A DNA stretch of 64,000 nt from Veleropilina oligotropha. Its lineage: Eukaryota. Shown one piece after another: positions 1 to 12,210 of this stretch; position 1 is the stretch's first letter, and each line of letters begins with the position of its first letter. The notes under the pieces were generated by a model, which was given only the letters and a program-made list of their open reading frames with translations, searched no databases and was not told where the DNA came from. The position numbers were made by a program, and so were the translations under genes. The stretch spans positions 62,001-126,000 of the forward strand of contig JBEUKZ010000139.1 in the NCBI GenBank assembly GCA_048128005.1, read 5' to 3'.

Positions 1-25
1 ATTGACACCGCAACTGTTTAGATAT

Positions 26-1430
26 ATAGAGAATACTACACTGATTCTCGACACGTACCGTTTGTATCTCACGAGTGCACGTATCCAGGTATCTTACCGA
101 GCGAAAGCGAGGTAAGATACCTGGATACGTGCACGAGTGAGATACAAACGGTACGTGTCGAGAATCAGTGTAGTATTTTATTTATTACCCATGCATTTAT
201 TGCGTTATATATGCATTTTATTTGCTTTTATCGGCCCATATTCGAGATTTCAAATTGTTTAGCCGCGGATGAATTTTATTCCTGATTACTGTAAATAGCC
301 TCTTTACTCTATAGCCACACGCTATAACAAATAGATCGTATTAAAAGTTCATTCTAATTTATTTTAATGAAACTAAGAAACAAGATAACATCAGGCAACA
401 ATAAGAACTGTTTAATATACGATCGTTTTACTGAACATTACTCATCTCATTAATATATTTACGTTATTCTAAAAATAAGTCCGTTGAACACGCGGCGAAA
501 TCTTAATTTGCATATGCCTCGTGGATGGATTGTTGCCAAGTTTGCACTCAGGGAAGAATTTCGTTGCCACCGTCAACATCTGGTCTCGGGCGTTTTGGTG
601 TCGACGGCCCACTGACGATGTTTATATTAATCGTGCCGCCGTATATTGGTGCCGAGAATATGGAACTCAGGAAATCACACCGACTCGACCGCGAATTCGA
701 AATGGTATTAATATTAACAGATTGGGGAACCACGTCTACACAACGAGAATCGTGCGACCCGGAACTACCGGTACTGATGATGTCGCTGAGCTGACGATGT
801 TGTAATGTGGAGATGCTACTATAATTATTGACACTTTGTATGTGTGAGGGATGTTCGATTCCGGGGAAGGTGCAGATTGGATTTGCGAGGAAACAGTTTC
901 CGGAATAACGGCAAGTCTATAGCGTGCAACTTGTTTAATTTTACCATCGAATGTCTTCACATTATACATATTGAACGTTCCTCCCGGTTGAACAATGGAC
1001 ATTACGCGTCCCGTCACTTGCCCGTCAATTTTCACGCATTCATTCACACGAATCGATTTAGGTGCATCCATATTGAAACAACGGTCCGAAACAACACGAA
1101 GCAGACGACACTCTTTGATGTAAAGTATTTTATAATTATATTTATCATGTTTTTATTTATAATTACACTTTCTGCAGTTTTAAACCTGTACTTGTATAAA
1201 CGTTCGTGTTAGCTGTATTACATTTAATTTTATTAATTGTTAATAATCCGCCACATTTCCGATCGTTGTTTTTCTTCCATTCAAGCCACAATAGTAAAAG
1301 TTGTAGATTTCTTCGTTTTGTTTATCAATGAAAATGTAGTCCCTGACCTTTGAGGTCAACTTGTTATGCACCATGTGGTGCGTACAAAATAAATACCACA
1401 TGGCTATATCTGCGTCACGTGGGTAATAAA
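26..1430 (+). mobile_element. Non-autonomous Crypton-like (tyrosine recombinase) element with terminal hairpin, copy A
   Basis: ATAGAG start (26-31); 67-bp-arm hairpin 32-177; inverted repeats TTTATTACCCA (~181-191) / TGGGTAATAAA (1420-1430). It interrupts the ~190-bp tandem repeat: GCAACTGTTTAGATAT on the left, TATTATATTTATGAAGT on the right. Carries a recombinase remnant. Confidence 0.75.
548..1071 (-). pseudogene. Internally deleted Crypton-like (DUF3504-type) tyrosine recombinase: N-terminal piece joined out of frame to the catalytic-Tyr/C-terminal piece
   Basis: Frame 841->548 reads IQSVNNYSSISTLQHRQLSDIIS...LSSIFSAPIYGGTININI...*. This resembles the (GHK)xxQSvnnYsxlSxxQqxxmSxIl catalytic-Tyr motif and the Fs..i.GGTiNiNi tail of DUF3504/Crypton proteins. 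The upstream ORF (1071->~845) is in another frame. Confidence 0.65.
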
Positions 1431-1435
1431 GTTTG

Positions 1436-1915
1436 ATATTATATTTATGAAGTATATCCCGAAGTATAAGCATCAACAGCTTAGCGGTTTTAATATTACA
1501 ACTGTTGGAACATGCCATCATACTCCAAAATGTCACATTTTAATTGAATAATGACATAAATCATGAACTTTCAATTATGTTTACGAAATAATTATTTCAG
1601 TGACATCTGCAACTGTTTAGATATAATTATATATTATATATATGAAGTGTATCCAGAAGTATAAGCATCAACAGGTTAGCGGTTTTAATATTACAACTGT
1701 TGGAACATGCCCCCATACCCCAAAATATCACATTTAAATCAATTAAATCATGAACTTTCAGTTACGTTTACGAAATCATTATTTAAGTGACACCTGCAAC
1801 TGTTTAGATATAATTATATATTATATATATGAAGTGCATCCAGAAATATAAGCATGGACATGTTAGCGGTTTTAATACTACATATGTTGGAACATGGTCC
1901 CATACCCAAACATGT
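1436..1915 (+). repeat. ~190-bp tandem repeat (about 2.5 copies; continues at 1-25 beyond the Crypton-like insertion)
   Basis: ATGAAGT...GAAGTATAAGCAT...TTAGCGGTTTTAATA...GTTGGAACATG recurs at ~1447, ~1642 and ~1829. Confidence 0.8.
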
Positions 1916-2422
1916 CCTATTTTTGGTCATATGGGTACCATTAGATGAACATAAGTAAAAAAACTGCAGGATATTTCGTGGAGAACTTTTTACTGTAAGT
2001 CAGGGAGGTCATTATCTCTCAAAATATGTATAGAAATTGTAGTGCCACGTATGCAGGAGCGAAACATTTTGACCTATGGCTACCGGCCTACTGGAAGGCT
2101 TTGTGACATGTCTAATAAATAGGATTAATGGCCGCTGATCTGCAAATATGAAGACCCAGCCTTAACATTAGCTGCTTGGAATCTATTGTCAATGATAACC
2201 AGTGAAGTCCAGTTTGGGGCAATTAACAGCTCTCTACTTAATCAGCAATAACTACTGTCAAACTTCTCACTTTTAATTTCAACAAGTGCTATTGTCTTCA
2301 TAAATGTGAGTACATCAACCTGATGAGTTTATACATGGAACTTACAATGAGAAATGAAGTTATGCCAGGAACAATGATTATGTTCAGCGAAGGAGGAAAC
2401 AAACTGAATCCAGACATCCAAT

Positions 2423-4171
2423 ATGGCTGCCAACTGCTCTCCTGCCAACATATCTTGGGACACCTCTGGGTCATTTTATGGATTTGCTAGACAGAAGAAT
2501 GTAAGTAGTAATGACTACATAACGACCAAAGATGCATCTTACATGATAGAAGATCACACCGAAAGGACAAACTCCATTGTGATAACTTTCAAATATGATG
2601 AACTCTATATCACAGTAAATGACTATTTCGTTACAAACTTTAATTGCAATTCTCTGCAAAACCATAATGGATTCATTATAAAGACAGTGTATGAGGAACA
2701 AAATGTTGTAGTAACACTCTACAATAAACCAAGAAAAGTGCACATACATGGGAAAGGTTGCAAAGGATGGTATTTAAATGTTCTACTTGAGCAGATTGAA
2801 ATGATGAGAGAAATGGATTATCCAGTGACCTCCACCCCTGCACCATCAGATAGAGACAGCATTACCCACCTAAAGCAATTAGCTGTTGCAGGTGACAGCC
2901 CCAGTGTAAACAATGACCAGTCATGCATAGTGTCTGATTATGTGGCTGATCTTGAGTGTGACTCCACAATGCATCAATCAATGAAAGTGTTAGAACAACA
3001 AAATGAAATCTACAAAGACAAATGTGAGCAAAACGAATTATCACTTCCGAGAGCTAAAGAGAAACTTAAGAATTTTTCCATCAACAGATCAACAGAACAT
3101 TTGAAATTGCAAAATCAGTTGTACAAAGATCAAATTGATCAAATGACAACCAAGCTGACCCATGATCGTACAGAGATAAAATTACTTTTGCAAGACAAAA
3201 GAAATTTACTTGATGAATTGAAGCAAGCGAATGAACAGTGTGAGCAGCAAGTTGCTGTCATAGTATCGCTAATGGATCAGCTAGATGCCAAGAAACAATG
3301 TGTGTCCAGGAAGAAAGTCCCTAAAGACAGAAACTCACCAGCTCAAATTGAGTCTAGTAGTGTTTTCCAGACACCGCCACACCAAGTAACAATAAGCAAC
3401 ACAGATGAATTGCAAACAGGTGTGCATGAAGCCCTTCCTCCACCACCTAACAATGATGTGCGCAATGACGTAATACCTGATGTCAGTGATATGCGACACA
3501 AATGTAACACCGAGAGAAATGGTCAGCAGAGAACTCTTCTTATTGGTACCTCGATACTGAAATATGTTGACAAAAAAGGACTAAACAGAAATGTTGACGT
3601 CAGTACAAACAGAGGTGCTGTGATTCCCCAGATCCACCAAGTAATCCGCAAAACGCGTATTGCAGATTACGACACCATCATAATTCATGCGGGCAGTAAT
3701 GATGCCAGCCAGGGCATACATATCGCCGATATTATGTACGAGTATGAGTGCATCCTTGACACTGTATACTCAAATAACACTGACATACGTGTCATAATCT
3801 CAGGTCTCTCTCCGCGATGTGATGTAAATGTGGAATTGTTAAACATGGCTTTAAAAGACATGTGTCACTGTTACGGCCTAACATTTGTTGAAAATTACAG
3901 CACACTTTCAAATCGATCGGATATGTTCAATCGTGATGGAATACATCTAAACAGGGTTGGAACATCGCAACTCCTCAGAAACATCGACAGTTCGACACCT
4001 ATTCTGAAATGGTCCAGGGTCAATAGATCCCAAACAAGATCATCCTGTTTCTTCTGCGGTGAATCGGGGCATTCATCGAAAGTTTGTCGTCATGGCGCTC
4101 CTGTGAAATGTTGGAAATGTGGACTGTTTGGACACAAGTCAAGGATGTGTGATCATATTACTTACGATTAA
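2423..4171 (+). CDS. LINE ORF1p: coiled coil, SGNH/GDSL esterase-like domain, two CCHC zinc knuckles
   Basis: LLIGTSILK (block I), IIIHAGSND (block III), RDGIHLN (block V); C-terminal CFFCGESGHSSKVC and CWKCGLFGHKSRMC; Q/E/K/L-rich heptad region. Confidence 0.9.
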   Translation: MAANCSPANISWDTSGSFYGFARQKNVSSNDYITTKDASYMIEDHTERTNSIVITFKYDELYITVNDYFVTNFNCNSLQNHNGFIIKTVYEEQNVVVTLYNKPRKVHIHGKGCKGWYLNVLLEQIEMMREMDYPVTSTPAPSDRDSITHLKQLAVAGDSPSVNNDQSCIVSDYVADLECDSTMHQSMKVLEQQNEIYKDKCEQNELSLPRAKEKLKNFSINRSTEHLKLQNQLYKDQIDQMTTKLTHDRTEIKLLLQDKRNLLDELKQANEQCEQQVAVIVSLMDQLDAKKQCVSRKKVPKDRNSPAQIESSSVFQTPPHQVTISNTDELQTGVHEALPPPPNNDVRNDVIPDVSDMRHKCNTERNGQQRTLLIGTSILKYVDKKGLNRNVDVSTNRGAVIPQIHQVIRKTRIADYDTIIIHAGSNDASQGIHIADIMYEYECILDTVYSNNTDIRVIISGLSPRCDVNVELLNMALKDMCHCYGLTFVENYSTLSNRSDMFNRDGIHLNRVGTSQLLRNIDSSTPILKWSRVNRSQTRSSCFFCGESGHSSKVCRHGAPVKCWKCGLFGHKSRMCDHITYD

Positions 4172-4225
4172 CACCTTGGCAAAGCAGGGGATGCCGATAA
4201 CACTCAAATTGACAATAAATATCAA

Positions 4226-7200
4226 GTGTTGTTAACCTTATGCACTGATTGCAACGCATCTCCTTGTTTGTGCACTTTTACTCTAACTGATGATGTCATT
4301 ACCATTCAGGACAATGTCAAGCCTTTGGACAATTACCTACTAAAAAAGCATAGCAAATGTCATAATTATACATTGAATGTATGTAAATTATCTATCCCTG
4401 AGTCCTGCGTGTTACAATCTTATTCACAGCCTGTGTTCACAAAAAGCTTATTTTATGTGCATGCTTCTATTATCCTTTCATTGATTGTGTATATAACGAT
4501 TGAATTGTTATGCATGAATACCACTCCTACAAAAACGAATTTTTGCCAACCATTTAATTCCAAAAAGAAAGGCCTCAACATCATGCATTTAAATTTATGT
4601 CACCTTTTACCCAAGCTTGATGAATTAGAAGTCCAAATTCATGACTCTCCCAATCCACCAAGCATAATTGGTTTCACAGAGACATTTCTAAATGATAGTG
4701 TGTCAGACCATGAAGTAAAAATGGAAAATTATAATATTATCAGAAAGGATAGAACAGGGAAAATAGGAGGTGGTATTATTGTGTATCTTTTAGATCACAT
4801 TCAATATCGGAGACGAAGTGACTTAGAAGACGATCAAACCGAAACGGTCTGGATAGAAATTTCTTGTTTTAAAAGTAAGCCTTTCTTGCTATGTTTTTGT
4901 TACAGACAACCCAGTGCAAAGGTAAATTGGATTGAAAACTTTGATATTCAGCTGTCAAAGGCATTATCGGTAGAGATTGAAATCCTGATTCTAGGGGACT
5001 TTAATATCAACTATGCTGATTTATTATCTATCCCTTTAAAATGGAAAGAGCTAACACAGGTTCATAATTTACATCAACTGATTACATCTCCAACCAGAGT
5101 CACAAATTCAAGCAGCTCTATTTTAGATCATGTGTACTCGACCCATCCTGAGCATATCAGTGATGTCCGGATCCCCATTTATGGAATAAGTGATCATTAT
5201 CCCACGGTTATTACAAAATACAACTTTCAGCATGAAAAAAAGAATCAACATTTTGAAATTAAATACAGAAATTTTAAGAAATTTGATGAGGCCACATTTT
5301 TTAATGATCTTATATCTGCACCATTTCATGAAGTAGAATGTTATGATGACCCTGATTTCTGTCTTGAAATATGGTATAATCTGTTATTAGGTATCCTAGA
5401 TAAACATGCTCCTGTAAAATGTATACGTGTTCGACAATCTAGGAAACCAGAATGGTACAATGATGATATCAAGGAGGCATGTAGATCACGAGACACATTC
5501 AAACGGAAACACGATCATGGTAATTACAAAATTTGGAGAAATAAAGTAAAAAGTCTTATTGAAAACTCCAAGAAGAAATTAGTGGAAAAGTCAGTAGCTG
5601 ATGTTTCCAATGTTAAAAACATGTGGAAAGTTTTCAATGACATATATCTAAAATAAAAAGTGGCAAAAATACCCACCCATCTTTGATCGATATTGACGGA
5701 AATGTAAGCAACGACCCTGATGAAATAGTCACCTCATTCAGCACTTATTTTAAGGAAATAGTCCACGCTTTGAAGGAAAACACTGGACAATCTCCTGATC
5801 TTGCAGAATTAAAAAAACATCTTGAGTTAAAAGTTGCAAATATTGAAAAGTTTGAAATAAGACATATCACATGTGTAGAAGTAGAAAAAGCTCTAGAGAA
5901 CCTTGATGTCTCAAAATCAACAGGATTAGATGGAGTTGGCCCTAAAGTTCTAAAACTATGTGCTCCAATAATTTCACAGTCTTTAACTTACATTTTCAAC
6001 TTAAGTATAAACAAATCCATTTTCCCAAAACAACTGAAAAATGCAAAAGTATTGCCAATTTTTAAGAAAGGAAACAAGACGAAAATGGAGAATTATAGAC
6101 CGATATCTATTTTGCCAACAATATCAAAAATTATAGAACGTCATGTTGGAAATCAATTTCAGTTATATTTAAATACCAATAATCTCCTTCACGACTCGCA
6201 ATCTGGTTTCAGGAAAAATCATTCATGTCAAACTGCTCTGATAAAACTAACAGACAAATGGTTGTCTGAATTCGACAAAGGAAATGTTATTGGCACAGTC
6301 CTTGTTGATCTACAAAAAGCCTTTGACCTTGTTGATCACGATTTGCTCATAGAAAAGCTTAATCACTATAATATTAGCTCCTCAACCCTAAAATGGATTA
6401 AATCCTATCTTGATGAGAGAAGACAAACAATATGCATTGGTAATGCTCGGTCATCTACAACCTCTGTGGATTTCGGTGTCCCACAAGGATCAATCTTAGG
6501 ACCGATATTATTTCTTGTATTCATAAATGATTTACCTCTAAACATCAAATCATGCAGTTCTGAACTATATGCTGATGATACCACAATTCATTCAGCCGAT
6601 ACTTGCACAGCTAAAGTTGTTGAAAATCTAAACAAAGACATTGAAAATATTGATGAGTGGTGTTGCAAAAATGGAATGCTTATTAATATTGCAAAGACAA
6701 AATCAATGTTATTAGGCACTAGACAGAGGCTTACCAATCAATCGGAGATAAATATTACCTTAAAAAATAACAGCATACAAAGCTCGCAAGCAGAAAAACT
6801 TTTAGGGGTCTTCATTGACAAAAATATGAACTGGAATTGTCATATAGATCACATGTGCTCCTTGATATCATCAAGACTTTACTTGTTACGTCGGATTAAA
6901 AAGTATCTCCCACTTCACCTACGAAAATTGTATTACAATTGTTATATTCAAACTGTAATGGACTTTTGTTGTACAGTTTGGGGCAATTGTTCCACAGCTC
7001 ATATTAGTCGTATTGAAAAATTACAAAAGCAAGCCGCTAGAATAATTTTAGATGCTAATTATGACAGCGCAAGTAAGGAATTATTTACAACACTAGACTG
7101 GATAAAATTTACAGACAGACTTCAGCTCAATAAAGGTATGCTAATGTACAAATGCATGAATGACCATGCACCAAAATATTTAAAAGATAATTTTACTTAT

Positions 7201-7404
7201 ACTGAGGAAATTCGAAACACAAATCTGAGATCAGTTAGCTCCAAACAACTATATCTTCCCAAACCTAAAACAGAATCACTTAGACGAACTTTCAAGTACA
7301 CCGGTGCCCAGCTGTGTAACGAATTGCCTGAAACTGTGAAATATGTCTCTTCGACTTCTAATTTTAAGGGGAAAATGACATCGTACCTTAAAAACAGAAG
7401 TTAA
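4226..7404 (+). CDS. LINE ORF2p (AP endonuclease + reverse transcriptase), one frameshift at ~5641-5656
   Basis: APE motifs GFTETFL, GGGIIVY, LGDFN, LDHVY, SDH; RT motifs NYRPISIL, QSGFR, DLQKAFD, GVPQGSILGP, YADDT. Removing 2 nt from the ATATAT run near 5642 joins 4226-5656 to 5683-7404. First ATG is at 4514. Confidence 0.92.
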
Positions 7405-7610
7405 ATTATTGATATTACTTGTACCTAAAACGTTTATGACATTGATATTTTAGTCACATGTATTTATTGTATATAATGTATATACTTGTAGTTAGATATA
7501 GTTTTGTATTATTTTGTTTTATAACTATATATAGAGGGACTCAGGGAAGATTGGTTATTAACTAACTGTTCTCCCTCTCAAAATAAAGCATATTATTATT
7601 ATTATTATTA

Positions 7611-7768
7611 TATTATCATGACATTGCTTTTTCTTCAGTTGGTTATTTAATTTTGGGAAAAATCGATGCATATCTGAAAAAACTTTTCAAAAAATTAAAA
7701 TATTTACCCATCTACCTACCTTAAATTTTATGACCATGGAACTGGAACCAAATAAATTTTTTGGGGCC
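7611..7768 (-). mobile_element. Part of a GGCC-terminated MITE (family of 29172-29501) split by the LINE
   Basis: Reverse-complement match to 29172-29330 (GGTTCC..CATGGTCATAAAA..GGTAGGTAG..CCCAAAATTAAA..AACCAACTG). Confidence 0.75.
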
Positions 7769-9534
7769 TTTAATAGTTATGCAAAGTGCCCCTTTTCTGT
7801 CTTACTTTATATAAAATTAGTTACGCAAAGTACCCCTTTTCTGCCTTAACCCCCCCCCCCCCCTATAATCCAAAATTGCTTCCTACGCCACTGTATGAGA
7901 CCGGGTTGATTAGAATGGCTCTTACGTTGTTGTACTTGTACTGTAGTACTTGTAGTCATTACGTTTTCGGATCTGTTCAATCTTGGTGGGACTAGAATAT
8001 GTTGGAATAACTGGTTATAAGTTAACTTCTGTCAAGATTACACAGCAATTTACTCACACCCCAAACAGGCAAAGGTCGGAAATTATTTAACAAATTAAAC
8101 TGTTAATGTTATGGACGAAGGACGCCACTAGAAAACGGTGATCGCAATAAATAATGGCCAAAAAATATAACGTGTTCACTCTTTTATGCCAAGCACTGAT
8201 TACATATGCAACAGTTTCATACGCAGCAACTTACAGTGATTTGGTGTATTTATTTAAACAATTCGATTATAATATAACTGCATGTGATTTTTCGGCTCGT
8301 ATTTATAAACGTTCCCGTTTTCCAAAATGGTATAGAGGGTTTCGCGATTGCAGCTTCGACCTCCCGTTCGGTTTTCCGCGAAAATAATAATAACGTCTTG
8401 CGTGTGTTTTGTGTCTAAAAAAACTGTACGGTTATTTTTCTGCTACGGTTTGGCATAAACAATGTTAAAAAATATATTTAATTCCAAAGAAATCACCGGT
8501 TTGTTCCAAAATGGCGTTTCCCCGTTTGGAACTTTAGAGTTTTGGTTTGTTGACCAATTTTAATCAGGTAAGCTTTTGATAGTCAATCAAATAATAAATG
8601 CTACTTTAATATAGGGACACCCATGGCACATAAAAATCGTACTAAATTCACAATCAACACGATGGTGATGTGTCGTGATGAAAACAGTCACCATATGGAA
8701 GATATATTACTATACAGGGGCGGATACAGGATTTCTGAAAAGGAGGGGCCGTAGTCTGCTATAGGGGGTCGAAAATGTTTCGTTATAAAAGTAGGTATTA
8801 TGGAAGATGGCCGCCTGACAACTTCCGGTGTTCCCGTGTCATAACAAAACCGATATCTACCGTTTTAACACGTATGGAGTCGTGAATTTCCTATAATGCA
8901 ATGGGCTAGCGTATATAAGCAAATGTCCAAACTTTAAAAGCTTTCCATTTTTGGCGACAAGTGATATATACATGTCGGTAAGTTGTAAATTTTGCTTTTA
9001 CATTATACGCAGCTCAAAACTTATTATATATTACAACAAATACCTGTTATAATGCAAACCTGAAAGTATAAACGCGCGACATCCATTTTGACTGCCTTTC
9101 CACTTCAACGCAGAATCACGTGATAACGGTGACGACTTAAATAAATCGCCCGGTTAAATTAAATTATCCTACCCGCTACCGCTGATTGCCGATCATTACC
9201 GATATATAACTGAATAAATAAACATCATATCGAGTACATTCCAAATTTTCGTATTTTATAATTAGAGACATGTTGCATCTAGGGAGGTGGAATTTATTTC
9301 GATACAATGAGAGTTTATTCCGAAAATAGATGCTTAAACCACGTTCACCGATATGATAAGACAATTTACCCACTAGTATACTAGTAAATGGGGATGAAAA
9401 TCATTTAACATATTTCAAAATTAATTATATTATAAAGTGGACCATGCTGGATGTATGGACGCAACATATATGCGGATGCAATGAAAGTTTATCCAGAAAT
9501 GGATCAACTTCACTACTATTTCAATTCAATTTAA

Positions 9535-12210
9535 CCCCTCCCCCCTTTTATTAAGGGGGGAGTACCATTTTGCATACTTCAAATTTATATATTTTATAAA
9601 ATGAATCTTTGTGCATCTACTGGCGTAAAATTTATATCAATGCAAAGGACATTTGTCCAGAAAATCGATCATTAAACGATGGCCGCTGCTATTTCAAGGC
9701 AAATTAGTCCCCCTTTTATAAGGGGGTGAACACCATTTTGCATACTTCAAATTTATATATTTTTTAAAATGAATCTTTGTGCATCTACTGGCGTAAAATT
9801 TATATCAATGCAAAGGACGTTTGTCCAGAAAATAGATCATTAAACGATGTCGTCTGCTATTTTAATGCAAATTATCCCCCCATTTTTAAGGGGGTGAACA
9901 TCATTCTGCATATTTCAAATTTATATATTTTGTCAAGTGGACTATGGTGCATCTATTTACGTAAACATTATGTCAATTTGACAGAAGACTACTCAGAAAA
10001 TAGATGATTAAAACGATGGTCATCGCTATTTTTATGCAAATTATCCCCCCATTTCTAAGGGGGTGAACATCATTCTGCATATTTCAAATTTATATATTTT
10101 GTCAAGTGGACTATGGTGCATCTATTTACGTAAACATTATGTCAATGTGACAGAAGACTACTCAGAAAATAGATGATTAAAACGATGGTCATCGCTATTT
10201 TTATGCAAATTATCCCCCCATTTTTAAGGGGGTGAACATCATTCTGCATATTTCAAATTTATATATTTTGTCAAGTGGACTATGGTGCATCTATTTACGT
10301 AAACATTATGTCAATGTGACAGAAGACTACTCAGAAAATAGATGATTAAAACGATGGTCATCGCTATTTTTATGCAAATTATCCCCCCATTTTTAAGGGG
10401 GTGAACATCATTCTGCATAATTCAAATTTATATATTTTGTCAAGTGGACTATGGTGCATCTATTTACGTAAACATTATGTCAATGTGACAGAAGACTACT
10501 CAGAAAATAGATGATTAAAACGATGGTCATCGCTATTTTTATGCAAATTATCCCCCCATTTTTAAGGGGGTGAACATCATTCTGCATAATTCAAATTTAT
10601 ATATTTTGTCAAGTGGACTATGGTGCATCTATTTACGTAAACATTATGTCAATGTGACAGAAGACTACTCAGAAAATAGATGATTAAAACGATGGTCATC
10701 GCTATTTTTATGCAAATTATCCCCCCATTTTTAAGGGGGTGAACATCATTCTGCATATTTCAAATTTATATATTTTGTCAAGTGGACTATGGTGCATCTA
10801 TTTACGTAAACATTATGTCAATGTGACAGAAGACTACTCAGAAAATAGATGATTAAAACGATGGTCATCGCTATTTTTATGCAAATTATCCCCCCATTTT
10901 TAAGGGGGTGAACATCATTCTGCATATTTCAAATTTATATATTTTGTCAAGTGGACTATGGTGCATCTATTTACGTAAACATTATGTCAATGTGACAGAA
11001 GACTACTCAGAAAATAGATGATTAAAACGATGGTCATCGCTATTTTTATGCAAATTATCCCCCCATTTTTAAGGGGGTGAACATCATTCTGCATATTTCA
11101 AATTTATATATTTTGTCAAGTGGACTATGGTGCATCTATTTACGTAAACATTATGTCAATTTGACAGAAGACTACTCAGAAAATAGATGATTAAAACGAT
11201 GGTCATCGCTATTTTTATGCAAATTATCCCCCCATTTTTAAGGGGGTGAACATCATTCTGCATATTTCAAATTTATATATTTTGTCAAGTGGACTATGGT
11301 GCATCTATTTACGTAAACATTATGTCAATGTGACAGAAGACTACTCAGAAAATAGATGATTAAAACGATGGTCATCGCTATTTTTATGCAAATTATCCCC
11401 CCATTTTTAAGGGGGTGAACTTCATTCTGCATATTTCAAATTTATATATTTTGTCAAGTGGACTATGGTGCATCTATTTACGTAAACATTATGTCAATGT
11501 GACAGAAGACTACTCAGAAAATAGATGATTAAAACGATGGTCATCGCTATTTTTATGCAAATTATCCCCCCATTTTTAAGGGGGTTAACATCATTCTGCA
11601 TATTTCAAATTTATATATTTTGTCAAGTGGACTATGGTGCATCTATTTACGTAAACATTATGTCAATTTGACAGAAGACTACTCAGAAAATAGATGATTA
11701 AAACGATGGTCATCGCTATTTTAATGCAAATTATCCCCCCATTTTTAAGGGGGTGAACATCATTCTGCATATTTCTAATTTATATATTTTGTCAAGTGGA
11801 CTATGGTGCATCTATTTACGTAAACATTATGTCAATTTGACAGAAGACTACTCAGAAAATAGATGATTAAAACGATGGTCATCGCTATTTTTATGCAAAT
11901 TATCCCCCCATTTTTAAGGGGGTGAACATCATTCTGCATATTTCAAATTTATATATTTTGTCAAGTGGACTATGGTGCATCTATTTACGTAAACATTATG
12001 TCAATTTGACAGAAGACTACTCAGAAAATAGATGATTAAAACGATGGTCATCGCTATTTTAATGCAAATTATCCCCCATTTTTAAGGGGGTGAACATCAT
12101 TCTGCATATTTCAAATTTATATATTTTGTCAAGTGGACTACGGTGCATCTATTTACGTAAACATTATGTCAATTTGACAGGCGCCTACTCACAAAATAGA
12201 TGATTAAAAC
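9535..12210 (+). repeat. 169-bp satellite array, ~15-16 units (first two diverged)
   Basis: GTAAACATTATG recurs at 9961, 10130, 10299 and onward with 169-bp period; units near-identical; each has a CCCCC-N8-GGGGG mini-hairpin. Confidence 0.97.

Larger units (their letters stand above)
2136..7610 (+). mobile_element. Near-complete L2/CR1-group non-LTR retrotransposon (LINE)
   Basis: ORF1 plus APE-RT ORF2; 3' stem AGAGGGA...CTCCCTCT, then AATAAA and a (TAT)n tail at 7533-7610. Both flanks (2097-2135 and 7611-7768) match contiguous reverse-complement sequence of the MITE at 29172-29501, which fixes the boundaries. Confidence 0.9.
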
